This document shows, in pieces, positions 30,516 through 40,506 of a stretch of 64,000 nucleotides of DNA. The stretch is taken from NCBI GenBank assembly GCA_965204375.1, contig OZ241986.1, forward strand, positions 896,001 to 960,000, in the 5' to 3' direction. Numbering within the stretch: the first letter of the stretch is position 1; each line of letters begins with the position of its first letter. Both the position numbers and the translations under genes were made by a program. Under the pieces are notes generated by a model, which was not told the DNA's origin, made no database searches, and was given only the letters and a program-made list of their open reading frames with translations. This DNA comes from Candidatus Latescibacterota bacterium. Lineage in GTDB: Bacteria; Latescibacterota; UBA2968.

Positions 30516-31664
30516 TCACGAATTCAGTGCATTGCAGATGACGGCAGGTGGCGCAACTGTCACCGTTTCGCTCAAGGCGAACGGTGCACCCACTGGTGCC
30601 GCCACCCAGGACTGATCCGGTTGGACATCGTCCAGTGCCGACCAGAAGCCGCGCTCGAGGCGGGGCGACGACGATGCTTTGATCTCCACCGCGACGAGCT
30701 TATTTCTCCGTCGGATCAGGAGGTCGATCTCAGCGCCGGCCGCGGTCCGATAGAAGCTCAGTTCGGCGTCGGGCACCGCCGCGGCGATTTGCTCGATGAC
30801 GTATCCTTCCCAGGAGTTGCCGCGAACCGGATGGCCATCCAGGTCGTCGAGAGAATCCAAACGCAGCAGCCGGTGAAGGATGCCGGTATCTCTGAGATAA
30901 ACACGGGGACTCTTCACCAGGCGCTTCTTGACGTTGGCCGCGCAGGGTGAAAGCCGCCTTACCATGTAGGCCTGCTCAAGGATGCGGAGATAGTGTCCAA
31001 CCGTCTTGCCCGTTACGCCCAGGGAAGAAGCCACTTTGGCGTGGTTCCACAGATCCCCATGCAGGTGAGCGCACATCTCCCAGAATTGCCGCAGCGTTAT
31101 CGCGGGTACGCGGATACCCAGTTGAGGAATGTCGCGTTCGAGAAACGTCTGGATGAAACTGTCCAGCCACGCCCGGCTCATTTCGTCTGATGGGGCCAGA
31201 TAGCTTCGCGGGAATCCGCCTCGCAGCCAGAGCCTTGACTGATTCTCCGCCCCGATCTCTTCTTCGACAAAGGGCGTCAGTTCGATGAAACCGATGCGAC
31301 CGGCGAGCGTCTCAGACGACTGTTGGAGCAGAGCTGGAGAAGCCGATCCCAGCACCACGAACTGCCCCGGAGAACCGGTCTCATCGCAAAGCCCGCGAAG
31401 CACGCGAAACAATTCGGGGACGCGCTGGATCTCGTCGAGGCAGACGATGTGATCCCGATGGCGGCGGAGGTAATCTTCTGGCTCGGCCAGACGTGCGGCG
31501 TCGGAAGGAAGCTCGAGGTCGAGATAGTGTGACGCTGGCTGTTCAGCAAGCCACGTCTTGGCCAGGGTGGTCTTTCCACACTGGCGAGGCCCCAGAATTG
31601 CCGTGACAGGGAAGTACCTCGCGTATTCAGAGACCTTTGTCTGAATTTTTCTGTTGATGTTCAT
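30516..31664 (-). CDS. AAA+ ATPase with DUF4143 domain
   Basis: GPRQCGKTT, CLDEIQ, SETLAGR, RGGFP, KSPRVYLRDTG and EIDL..EIK motifs; start placed at MNINRK. Confidence 0.9.
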   Translation of the reverse strand: MNINRKIQTKVSEYARYFPVTAILGPRQCGKTTLAKTWLAEQPASHYLDLELPSDAARLAEPEDYLRRHRDHIVCLDEIQRVPELFRVLRGLCDETGSPGQFVVLGSASPALLQQSSETLAGRIGFIELTPFVEEEIGAENQSRLWLRGGFPRSYLAPSDEMSRAWLDSFIQTFLERDIPQLGIRVPAITLRQFWEMCAHLHGDLWNHAKVASSLGVTGKTVGHYLRILEQAYMVRRLSPCAANVKKRLVKSPRVYLRDTGILHRLLRLDSLDDLDGHPVRGNSWEGYVIEQIAAAVPDAELSFYRTAAGAEIDLLIRRRNKLVAVEIKASSSPRLERGFWSALDDVQPDQSWVAAPVGAPFALSETVTVAPPAVICNALNS

Positions 31665-31666
31665 TC

Positions 31667-31699
31667 TTGTAATATGGGAGTCTATCTCCCAATTTGCAA
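31667..31699 (-). promoter_or_regulatory. Inverted repeat directly upstream of the DUF4143 ATPase start
   Basis: TTGTAATATGGGAG-TCTAT-CTCCCAATTTGCAA imperfect inverted repeat ending 2 nt before the ATG. Confidence 0.4.
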
Positions 31700-31789
31700 G
31701 GATAAAACACAAATTGAAGTTACGTTCAAGATGTGTAAAAGGGCTGATCGCGATATTCGGGTAGGAACCGCTGTTGTTATCACCCATCA

Positions 31790-33097
31790 TCACGATCCTT
31801 TCGCCCGTTGAAACCAGTCAATGAGTTGGCTTTTAAGATCGTTATAAATCTCGGGATATTGACTGGCTAAATCATTGGCTTCGCCAATATCCTGATCGAG
31901 CTTGTACAATTCAAATTGCAATTCTTCAATAGCCGGAATAGCCTCGGCAAATTGCCCGCGATGATTAGGGCCTGTACCAACCAGTTTCCAATCGTCTTTT
32001 ACCGCTCCCATTTTCCCAAACAAATCCCAAAACACATACCGCCCTGGCAAATCTTCTTGCCCATGTGATCTCAAATGCGCAAGCAAACTCACGCCATGAA
32101 CTGGATGCTGTCCATTCATTTTGGGAATCTCAATGCCAGCCGCACCCAGCACAGTGGCAAACAAATCAAAATGCACAGCACCTGCATCAGATACCATCCC
32201 TTTGGGAATAACACCCGGCCACTGCATCACCGCAGGCACGCGGATTCCACCTTCATATGTCATTCCTTTTTGCCCGCGTAAAGGGCCATTATTGCCCGGA
32301 AATTTATCAATCATTGCACCATTATCGCTCAAGTAGATGACAAGTGTGTTATCTACGATAGCCAACTCATGCAATGTCGCCATGATTTTACCCACACCAT
32401 CATCCATATGATCCAGCACCGCACAATAGTCGCGCTTGGGGAACTCAATACCGCGATCTTCATACTTTTTTAACCACTCGGCTTTGCCCGATGTTTTGGG
32501 TGCCTGTTCTCGCCACAAGGGACCATGCACAGCATTGTAAGGCACATAACAAAAAAACGGCTTATCACGATGTTTCCGAATAAAGTCAATCGCATAACCA
32601 GTAAACACATCCGTCAAATGATCTCCATGCACCATGGGCTGGTCATTGTGCAAAAGGCGACTACCATCAAAAGGCCAATAGGGGTGTGCACCACCCAAGA
32701 ATCCGACAAATTCTTCAAAACCGCGCTCATTGGGCACATTGGGTGCATCATATCCCAAATGCCACTTGCCAAACATGCCAGTTTTATATCCTGCTTCCTT
32801 CAAAAACTCGGGCAAAAGTTTTACATCATCATGAATGCGCCTTGGCAACGTATCTGTTTTCTGCCCCGGCAGTGATGGGCCACGCCACATGCCGCATTCC
32901 AAAGAATACTGTCCAGAAAAAAGAGATGCACGCGTTGGCGCACAAAGTGGATTGACCCTCAACTGTGTAAAACGCACCCCATTTTTTGCAATCGCATCCA
33001 TCGTTGGTGTATCGACCTCTGTATCCCAATAACAACCCGCATCTCCATACCCCTGATCGTCTGAAACAATGATGAGAAAATTTGGTTTTGTGCCCAT
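31790..33097 (-). CDS. Sulfatase (arylsulfatase-like)
   Basis: SDDQGYGD, CAPTR, FGKWHLG, SDNG and YEGGIRVP motifs. Confidence 0.93.
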   Translation of the reverse strand: MGTKPNFLIIVSDDQGYGDAGCYWDTEVDTPTMDAIAKNGVRFTQLRVNPLCAPTRASLFSGQYSLECGMWRGPSLPGQKTDTLPRRIHDDVKLLPEFLKEAGYKTGMFGKWHLGYDAPNVPNERGFEEFVGFLGGAHPYWPFDGSRLLHNDQPMVHGDHLTDVFTGYAIDFIRKHRDKPFFCYVPYNAVHGPLWREQAPKTSGKAEWLKKYEDRGIEFPKRDYCAVLDHMDDGVGKIMATLHELAIVDNTLVIYLSDNGAMIDKFPGNNGPLRGQKGMTYEGGIRVPAVMQWPGVIPKGMVSDAGAVHFDLFATVLGAAGIEIPKMNGQHPVHGVSLLAHLRSHGQEDLPGRYVFWDLFGKMGAVKDDWKLVGTGPNHRGQFAEAIPAIEELQFELYKLDQDIGEANDLASQYPEIYNDLKSQLIDWFQRAKGS

Positions 33098-33173
33098 AAT
33101 AATCTACCCGGTCTTCCAGATGTATTCCTCAGTTCAATTTCCGTGTCTTATCGTCCTGTCAATACCCAGTTTA

Positions 33174-33519
33174 TGGTTCGCTTCTATTTTCTTGATTAGA
33201 CCTCAGAGCCTGCAACAGTGCGAACGGCCTCGCTCCAGTCATCCCATCAGGCGTGCTTTGACGGTCTGCCTCCGGGAGACCGTTTAGCCAGGTTTGAGGG
33301 TCGTCTCGGCGCAAATGACTCGAGGTGTTTCCCGCCCACAGCCTGTCCCGCGCTGCAGCACAAAGTTTGGGGTCGAGAATATTTCGTTTAACGAGGAATC
33401 CGTTCGTAATAAATTGTTGGATCTCTTCTGTACTCAGTGCTGCCAATGCTGTATTCATGGAAATAAGCCTTCTTTCTTTAATACTGAACCATTATTGGTT
33501 CTCCTGCCTTCTAATTAAT
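33174..33519 (-). pseudogene. Head-plus-tail deletion scar of a homolog of 47248..48315 with both flanks
   Basis: 33174-33246 matches 47226-47298 and 33244-33519 matches 48101-48376; 805 bp lost at a CCA microhomology. Confidence 0.92.
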
Positions 33520-33656
33520 TTGTTCGATCAGATAATAAGCAAAATACAATCAAAAACAATCCCAATTACCACCGAATCACCAGAATACATCGACCTGACA
33601 TCGAATTCCATTGTAATCGTTCTCTCATATGCTGTGACGATGAATACAAATTCGTA

Positions 33657-33702
33657 TGGTGGGTGATACCGGATTCGAACCAGTAACTTCCTGCGTGTAA
33701 GG
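33657..33702 (-). tRNA. 3' half of tRNA-Val(TAC), att-like remnant, not an intact tRNA
   Basis: C-CTTACAC-GCAGG, T-arm ACTGG-TTCGAAT-CCGGT and acceptor end ATCACCCACCA; no 5' half upstream. Confidence 0.8.
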
Positions 33703-33704
33703 AA

Positions 33705-33751
33705 TCACTGAGTAATTGATTGCCTTATACTTCAAATTTTCTTTGAATATC
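33705..33751. repeat. Diverged direct repeat with 35271..35318 (operator-containing leader)
   Basis: TCACTGAGTAAT(T/C)GATTGCCTTATA...CTTTGAATATC at both sites. Confidence 0.7.
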
Positions 33752-33857
33752 TATTACAGGCACTATATTTAAATGATCGTTGATCGTATAAAATTACCTG
33801 GCCTGACCTCTGTCACGCAAAAACGAAATCTAAAAAAAATCGGCTTTTGATAGAAAG

Positions 33858-34874
33858 GTGGCTTCTTTGGAAAAACGAATATTGGGTCGTACTGGATTAG
33901 AAGTGGGTGCTCTGTCGCTTGGAGCAGCATTTGCAACGCGTGGAGAAGAGGGATTTGATGGCGCGAAGAACATCATTTTTGAGGCTTTGGAACTGGGGCT
34001 GAATCTGATCGATACATCCGCGGATTACGGTGACAGTGAAGCCGGGGTTGGTGAAGCAATGAAAGATATAAACCAGCCCTGCATCATATCTACGAAGCTG
34101 GGGCCAAGGTCGAAAGATTTTGACCCAAAGAATAAAGGGCAGCTGCGTGCGATAGTCGAAGAAAGCTTAAGGCTTCTTCATCGTGAAACGATAGATATAC
34201 TCATGATTCACGAACCGGATCGGCCGGGCCAGTTCGATTGGTGGGATGATCTTCGAACCTTTCAGGGCCCCGTAACCGAGTTGCTCCAGGAATTGAAGGA
34301 AGAAGGAATCATTCGGTTTACCGGTTTGGGTGGTACAACAGCCTATGAAGCTGTGCCCATCATTGCCACGGGGTTTTATGATGTTGTGTTGACAGCGTTC
34401 AATTCCAGCATGCTGTGGCGAGAAGCGCTGATTGAGTTGATACCGGAAGCCAGGCGACAGAATATGGGGATCCTAATGGCATCTCCCACGCAGCAAGGAT
34501 GGCTGGCAGAAAGGTACGATGAACAGATTGATCAGGCCAACTCCAGATGGTTGAATAAACCAAGGCGGGAGCAGTTAAAACTGCTCTACAAATTGGTTGA
34601 TGAAATCGGGATCCCTATTCCAGAACTGTCGTTACGTTGGGCGCTTGCCAATGCTGACGAATCGACGACTGTGCTGACGGGACCGCGGAACGTCGCACAA
34701 CTGCGGCAAAATGTCAACGCTGCCAGGGATGGTGCCCTTCCAAATGACATCATGGAACGTATCGACGAAATTGCGGCTATGGTTCCATTTCGTCCCTATG
34801 AAGAACCTTTTGGATGTCCCTTTCGACGGGATGATTTCGATCTTGTCAAGAGACCCGGACGTGCCAACCGTTGA
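33858..34874 (+). CDS. Aldo/keto reductase
   Basis: LIDTSADYG, ISTKLG and DILMIHEPD motifs; GTG start. Confidence 0.88.
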   Translation: MASLEKRILGRTGLEVGALSLGAAFATRGEEGFDGAKNIIFEALELGLNLIDTSADYGDSEAGVGEAMKDINQPCIISTKLGPRSKDFDPKNKGQLRAIVEESLRLLHRETIDILMIHEPDRPGQFDWWDDLRTFQGPVTELLQELKEEGIIRFTGLGGTTAYEAVPIIATGFYDVVLTAFNSSMLWREALIELIPEARRQNMGILMASPTQQGWLAERYDEQIDQANSRWLNKPRREQLKLLYKLVDEIGIPIPELSLRWALANADESTTVLTGPRNVAQLRQNVNAARDGALPNDIMERIDEIAAMVPFRPYEEPFGCPFRRDDFDLVKRPGRANR

Positions 34875-35331
34875 TCATAATAGCTGAGAGCGTTGATGGT
34901 AGAAAGAACGGATCACCATCCGCTATTTTAGGTGATCGGTCGCTGTTCTTATATCCAGTCAAAACACTGCAAAGCCAGCAAGACTATAGATCCCTGTTCA
35001 TTAGTATCTTTATCGGTTTGCCGATTTCGTTTAGGGCATCACCATGATTATGAATCAAGGCAGGTTCGTTTCTTTCGGGTTCAAGGTTTCTATCGACGGC
35101 ATGTCTGGCGTAATTGTTCCCTTTAGAACGGTACTGTCTTTGCCCGCTGCCAATAGGAGTCACATGCGGGGTGACCGCAAGGAACTGTATGACGGGTTCA
35201 TCACCTAGAACTTTCGGCAACATCCCTACCACCGATATGCCATTTATTCGTCCTATCCGCCTACAGAACCTCACTGAGTAATCGATTGCCTTATAATATG
35301 AAATATACTTTGAATATCATGTTATATATCG

Positions 35332-35369
35332 TATATTATCTTGAGTAAACGATTACTCAAGATAATATA
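35332..35369. promoter_or_regulatory. LacI/GalR-type operator palindrome (probably autoregulatory)
   Basis: TATATTATCTTGAGTAA-ACGA-TTACTCAAGATAATATA: 17-bp perfect arms, core GTAAACGATTAC, about 20 nt upstream of the LacI ATG. Confidence 0.75.
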
Positions 35370-35388
35370 TAATTCAAAGGAAAATTTG

Positions 35389-36402
35389 ATGAATTCTCGA
35401 CGACAGGCGACGCTTTCTGACATCGCCCAGGACGTTGGCGTGAGCACGGCAACGGTTTCGCGCGTGCTTGCAAACGCCCCAGGCCATCGCGCTGGCAAAG
35501 ACACGCGGCGCGCGATCCTGGAGGTTGCGGAGCGGCTGGATTACCAGCCCAACGTGGCAGCTCGCGCCCTTTCGACAGGCCAAGCGCCGCTGATCGGCAT
35601 TGTGATGCCTTCGCTGGCCGCTGAGCAGTTTCCGGCTATCATTGCGGGTGTTGAGGAGGAGGCCGTTGCATCGGGTTATCAGACAGTCGTCATTTCGGGT
35701 GGTCGCCCCAACAAGTCATCGCAAGTCGCAGCCATCCAGGCGATCCAGACGCATCATGTGAGCGGCGTGATTGTTTGTCCTATGGATGCCGAAGAAGACG
35801 AGGCCCTGCGCACAGAAGCTGAGGGTCTGCCCCCGATGGTTCTCGTCGAACGTCCCATTCCGCACCCATCTGCACCGACCGTCGCGGCTGACAACCGCAA
35901 TGGCGGCTGGCAGTGCGGGCAATGGCTGGGCACACAGGGATGCGATCGGGCGCTATTTGTGCATTCTTCGCAACAGAATTTCCCCTCGATTTGGACGCAG
36001 CGGTCTGCTGGCATGACCGAGGCGCTCACGGCAACCGCTTGTGAGCACCGCAATCTGTTTCTGGATGATGCAAGCAGTCTCTCTGAGTACTTCCGGTGGT
36101 TGTTCCAGGCGGAGCGACCAGGCATGTGTCTGGCCTCCTTCTTCTCGTTGCGCAGGTTACTGCGACAAGTCAGCGCCTGCGATCTTGATTTGCCAACCTC
36201 ACTGCGTCTTTGCGGTTTCGATCGCGCCGTGTTTAGTCTCGACGACGTGGCTGCGATGACCGCTCTTGGGCACCTTGATCAGCCGCCCCACTACGTACAT
36301 TACTCAGGCCAAGAAATCGGCCATCAGGCTGCCAGACTGTTGCTCCAGCGTCTGGAGAATGGGGCATGGTCGCAGCAGACAATCGTCGTGCCTGTAAGCT
36401 GA
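35389..36402 (+). CDS. LacI family transcriptional regulator
   Basis: TLSDIAQDVGVSTATVSRVL HTH, YQPNVAARAL hinge and a sugar-binding domain. Confidence 0.92.
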   Translation: MNSRRQATLSDIAQDVGVSTATVSRVLANAPGHRAGKDTRRAILEVAERLDYQPNVAARALSTGQAPLIGIVMPSLAAEQFPAIIAGVEEEAVASGYQTVVISGGRPNKSSQVAAIQAIQTHHVSGVIVCPMDAEEDEALRTEAEGLPPMVLVERPIPHPSAPTVAADNRNGGWQCGQWLGTQGCDRALFVHSSQQNFPSIWTQRSAGMTEALTATACEHRNLFLDDASSLSEYFRWLFQAERPGMCLASFFSLRRLLRQVSACDLDLPTSLRLCGFDRAVFSLDDVAAMTALGHLDQPPHYVHYSGQEIGHQAARLLLQRLENGAWSQQTIVVPVS

Positions 36403-36492
36403 CTGAACAACCATCACAATGGCCATTCAGGAATCTATTGTGACTGGGAATCGTGTTGCGGTGGACTGTTAGGTAAAGGGGAAATTGCTATC

Positions 36493-36825
36493 ATGAAACG
36501 ACTAGTGGAATTCGTCATTGCTGGTGTTCTGGCGCTGTGTGTAGCTCATGCAGCCGAAGACAAGCAGGCGCAGATTCAAGAGATCAAACCCACACGCACG
36601 TCACAACCCGAGGGACAAAATACCAACATCATCGGCAACAAGGGATATGTTCACGTTGAGAACATCGACGGCGTCTGGTTCATGATCGACGGAGAGGGAA
36701 CACGGTTCGTCCCAACGGGCATGAATCATGTGGGACCCATGTCGAGATTTGCCCCTTATAACAAGGACCATTGGATTCAACAATTCGGTGAAGGAATCTT
36801 CAGCCCACAGGGCCTGATCAACTGA
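36493..36825 (+). pseudogene. Truncated secreted agarase-like glycoside hydrolase (N-terminal fragment)
   Basis: Signal peptide, then DGVWFMIDGEG..F...GMNH, homologous to the N-termini of the next two genes; stops at 110 aa. Confidence 0.6.
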
Positions 36826-36832
36826 CAGGGAA

Positions 36833-37921
36833 ATGATGACCATGCAAGAATCTAAAACGACCCAATCTGAGGCCAAGGGGTTTTTTACACTTGATCAGCG
36901 GAAAGGGCACTGGTGGTTGATTACACCTGATGGGCGACCTTTCTTTTCTATGGGTGTCAACCATATCGATCCTGCGACCATGCGTTATCTCGAAAATATT
37001 GAACTCTGGCGCAATAAATATGACGGAAACACGATCAAATGGATTCAGAAATCTGTTGCGCCGAACCTGACACAGTGGGGGTTCAATTCCATTGGGTGGG
37101 TTCAGGAAGTGACGGTGCGAAAATGGCAGCATTCCCGTGCTTTTACACCTGAAGAATATCAGGCGCTCAATATGCCATACTGCCATCTTCTGCCATTTAC
37201 AGAATCGCACCAGTGGGAACAGCATACGCGTCACTACGACTTTAACAGCTCTGAGTGGGAAGAATGGTGCGACTACGTGGTGCGATCACATTGTGCTGAA
37301 CTGAGTGAAGATGCCAATCTGATCGGGTACTTTTACAGTGATTGCCCAACCTGGGTTCACGCTAACCCTGCAAATAAATGGCGTGGCCCTATCTTTGACC
37401 CTGATCTGCTCAAAACGGAAGCGGGGCGACAAGAACTTTCGGCATTGGCCAGCAAGTATTATAAAACGACGCATGATGCGATCCGTCGCTATGACAAACA
37501 CCACCTGATCTTGGGGGATCGCTATGAAGCCAATGCCCCAATAGCGATGGAAGTTGTGAAAGCGGCTTTGCCATATGTTGATGTGCTATCGTTTCAGGAT
37601 TTTCGTGACCCGGTTACCCATCTAGACGAATGGCACACGAAAACGGGAAAGCCGGTGTTGCTTGCCGATGCGGCGAGAATGAATTGGCATACCGAGCCAG
37701 GTGAATTTACGCGCAACGATGGTCAATGGTACGCGGAGACACTGGCAGAAATACACAAGAATCCAGGGTGCATTGGCTTTCATCTTTGCGGTGCTTACCA
37801 GCGCAACAGAGCACGGCGTTACGGCCTGATAGACGAAGAGGAACAACCCGATCATGAAAACGTAGATTTGATGAAAGCGGCCAACGAAAAAATCAACCAG
37901 TGGATGGATGAGCAATTCTGA
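36833..37921 (+). CDS. Agarase-like glycoside hydrolase (GH50/GH42-like TIM barrel)
   Basis: GHWWLITPDGRPFFSMGVNH, WGFNS, LIGYF, HHLILGDRY and TGKPVLLAD motifs. Confidence 0.6.
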   Translation: MMTMQESKTTQSEAKGFFTLDQRKGHWWLITPDGRPFFSMGVNHIDPATMRYLENIELWRNKYDGNTIKWIQKSVAPNLTQWGFNSIGWVQEVTVRKWQHSRAFTPEEYQALNMPYCHLLPFTESHQWEQHTRHYDFNSSEWEEWCDYVVRSHCAELSEDANLIGYFYSDCPTWVHANPANKWRGPIFDPDLLKTEAGRQELSALASKYYKTTHDAIRRYDKHHLILGDRYEANAPIAMEVVKAALPYVDVLSFQDFRDPVTHLDEWHTKTGKPVLLADAARMNWHTEPGEFTRNDGQWYAETLAEIHKNPGCIGFHLCGAYQRNRARRYGLIDEEEQPDHENVDLMKAANEKINQWMDEQF

Positions 37922-37969
37922 AATCGTGCTGGATTATGAACAGTAGAGACTTTTACCAGGAGGTTTTCC

Positions 37970-38174
37970 ATGCAGATGACCCAAACGCAGAAACGGCAGT
38001 TTTTTGAAGAAGGGTATTTGATTGTACGAGGCGCGATTCCCAAATTGATGGTAGAGCAAGCACGTAAGGCGATCAATCACCATATGGGGTCGCATGTCAA
38101 CGGATGCGATGGTTGATATCTGGCGCGAGTTTGAAGGGCTTAAGGATGTCAAAGAGGAAGCGATGGCCGTTTGA
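37970..38174 (+). pseudogene. Head-plus-tail scar of a PhyH-like gene
   Basis: AGGAGG RBS then MQMTQTQKRQFFEEGYLIVRGAIP (PhyH N-terminus), shifting frame into a C-terminal-like AMVDIWREFEGLKDVKEEAMAV-stop. Confidence 0.7.
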
Positions 38175-38248
38175 TTTTAAGGCGCATCGCTCAATGAACA
38201 GAACGACAGATCTTTGTTACTTCGCAGCTTGAAAGGAGTTTACGTCAC

Positions 38249-40489
38249 ATGGAACATCTAACCTATCACCAATTTGCTGCGGGCATCTGGACGCTCACTC
38301 TGATATTCGCTACGTCTTTTGCATCCGCAGCACAGGAACAATCCGCCATTGGGCTGGCCGAGATCGAAGGCCGCACCTGGCTGATCACCCCTGAGGGAAA
38401 ACCATTCTTCGCCCACGGGATTACCCATATGACCAACCGAAGCCTACGGACCGACTACAGCGCGGCCTCGAGGGCCTGCAAGAATCTCGGGTTCAATGCC
38501 TACGGGTATGGGTGCCCGAATGAACTGAAGAGCGATATGCCCTACGTGGAAGGTCGTAACTACGTCCCCATCTCGACGTATCGCGCCAATGGGGGGAGTT
38601 TCCGCTTCATCGACATCTTTGATCCTCAAGAGCAGCAGAAACTGACAGCGCAGGTCAAGCAGTCCTGTCTCCAGAACCGCGACAACCCAAACCTGATCGG
38701 CTACTACTGGACCGATCTCGGGGCCTGGCCGCTGAAGAATTCCGTCGGTAAGAACTGGGTGGACTTCATCCGGGAGCTGCCTGCCGATGCTCCCGGACAT
38801 AAGGCCTATGCTGAGTTTTTAAAGACCTGGCAGGGCGATGACGCGCAAGCACGGGATCTTGGCTTTCTTCGGACCATTGCACGCGAGTATTTTCGCGTCA
38901 TGGGCGAGGCGAACCGGAAACACGATCCGGATCATCTTATCTTTGGAGATCGCTTCGCCTTCAATACGCTCGTCCCCGAAGTGCTGGAGGAAATGGTGCC
39001 ATGGGTTGACGCCATTGCCATTCAGCCGCCTTTTCAGCCCGGGTTTCCCAAGGCGAAGTATGAAGAGATTCACGAGCTGACCGGAAAACCCATTTTGATC
39101 TGTGACTTCGCGATTCGATTTAAGGATGGTGACAAGTCGATCCGCGGCTGGAAGCTCCAGGACAACGCCCGGATAGCCGGAGAGCGTTACGCGGAATACA
39201 TCCGCGTCGCACTGGAGACGCCCTACATCATCGGGGCCTTCTGGTGCAATCCCGTCGACTCGACGCCCGCCTTCAATAGAGGGGGACTCAAGCAAGGGTT
39301 TTTCGGTGATGGGCTGACGCCGCGACCGGGCCTGAGCGAAGTGGTGATCGAGCTGAACCGTCACATTGCCCAAGTCACTCCTGATCGTGTGGATGCGCCC
39401 GAGGTGGCAGAAGCTCCCGAAGCGCGCTCGGACAGGCGGTTGCGTGACATCGTCGCAGAGAAATTCCCAAAAGGCAATGTGTATATCGGGGCAACCTCCA
39501 TGTCGCCCCGGGGGCCCCAGGGACAGATCCTGGCTCGGGAGTTCAGTTACATCACGCCTGCCAATGATTTCAAGCAGACCTACATCCACCCTGAACCTGG
39601 GCAGTGGCGATGGGAAAGACCGGATCGCTGGGTTGAATTTGCGGAACAACACAACCAGGTGATCAGGATGCACGGGCCTATTTCTCCGCAGTGCTCACCG
39701 TGGACCAAGGCCGACGACCGAACCGCTGAAGAACTGGAACAGAACCTGGAAGAGTTCATGACCGCCTTGTGCAAGCGTTATAATGGTCACGAAAACATCC
39801 TGTGGATGGACGTCGTGAACGAGACGGTGAACCCGGACGGCACATGGAAGAAAGCCGAACCCGGCGCAAATTGGGAGATGCCCTGGGAAAAGATTGGGTA
39901 TGAAAAGACCCCGGCAGAGTTCAAGCATCTGGATGGACAGATCCCCAAATATATCATCCAGGCCTTCCGCATCGCCACGGAATATGCCCCGGACATCAAG
40001 CTGGTCATCAACCAGCACATCGGCCTGGAAGAACCCGCGTGGAACAAAGTGAAAGATACGGTTCTCTACCTGCGTTCCATCGGCTGCCGGGTGGATGGTG
40101 TCGGTTGGCAGGCACACATCAAGTTGATCAGAGACGATCCCAGTCAGTGGGAAACCGGCGCCATCAATACCCAGGATCTGTCCGACCTGATCGCCTGGGC
40201 GCATGAGCACGACCTTGAGTTTCATGTCACCGAAAACAATCTTCACGTCAGGCCGGAAGATGAAGGGAATGTCGATGAGCATGCCGCAGTTTATGCAGGG
40301 ATATTCAAGGCGCTTCTGGAAAACCGGCACAGCGGCGTGGTGACGTGGAATTTGTGGGACATCAAAGACGTCCGGCATTATGCGAGGAGGAACGTCGTAA
40401 AGATCGGGCTCTGGGACCGGAACCTTCGACCCAAACAAGCCTATTATGAATTGCAGCAACTGCTCGAAAATCCGCCCCCGATGAAATAG
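38249..40489 (+). CDS. Secreted two-domain glycoside hydrolase: agarase-like domain plus GH10 domain
   Basis: Signal peptide; N-domain homologous to 36833..37921; linker [10 protein letters not shown]; GH10 motifs [22 protein letters not shown] and HVTE. Confidence 0.75.
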   Translation: MEHLTYHQFAAGIWTLTLIFATSFASAAQEQSAIGLAEIEGRTWLITPEGKPFFAHGITHMTNRSLRTDYSAASRACKNLGFNAYGYGCPNELKSDMPYVEGRNYVPISTYRANGGSFRFIDIFDPQEQQKLTAQVKQSCLQNRDNPNLIGYYWTDLGAWPLKNSVGKNWVDFIRELPADAPGHKAYAEFLKTWQGDDAQARDLGFLRTIAREYFRVMGEANRKHDPDHLIFGDRFAFNTLVPEVLEEMVPWVDAIAIQPPFQPGFPKAKYEEIHELTGKPILICDFAIRFKDGDKSIRGWKLQDNARIAGERYAEYIRVALETPYIIGAFWCNPVDSTPAFNRGGLKQGFFGDGLTPRPGLSEVVIELNRHIAQVTPDRVDAPEVAEAPEARSDRRLRDIVAEKFPKGNVYIGATSMSPRGPQGQILAREFSYITPANDFKQTYIHPEPGQWRWERPDRWVEFAEQHNQVIRMHGPISPQCSPWTKADDRTAEELEQNLEEFMTALCKRYNGHENILWMDVVNETVNPDGTWKKAEPGANWEMPWEKIGYEKTPAEFKHLDGQIPKYIIQAFRIATEYAPDIKLVINQHIGLEEPAWNKVKDTVLYLRSIGCRVDGVGWQAHIKLIRDDPSQWETGAINTQDLSDLIAWAHEHDLEFHVTENNLHVRPEDEGNVDEHAAVYAGIFKALLENRHSGVVTWNLWDIKDVRHYARRNVVKIGLWDRNLRPKQAYYELQQLLENPPPMK

Positions 40490-40506
40490 AGCGTACCTCG
40501 AAATAC

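Noticed and set aside
31665-31793. 43-aa N-terminal extension of the DUF4143 ATPase
   Set aside because: It is read-through from an orphan start across the repeat and promoter region; the family-like sequence begins at 31664.
33657-33702. Functional tRNA-Val gene
   Set aside because: The 5' acceptor strand, D-arm and 5' anticodon stem are absent.
34984-35274. 96-aa ORF between the AKR and LacI
   Set aside because: No RBS or recognisable motif; it may be another gene fragment but cannot be supported.
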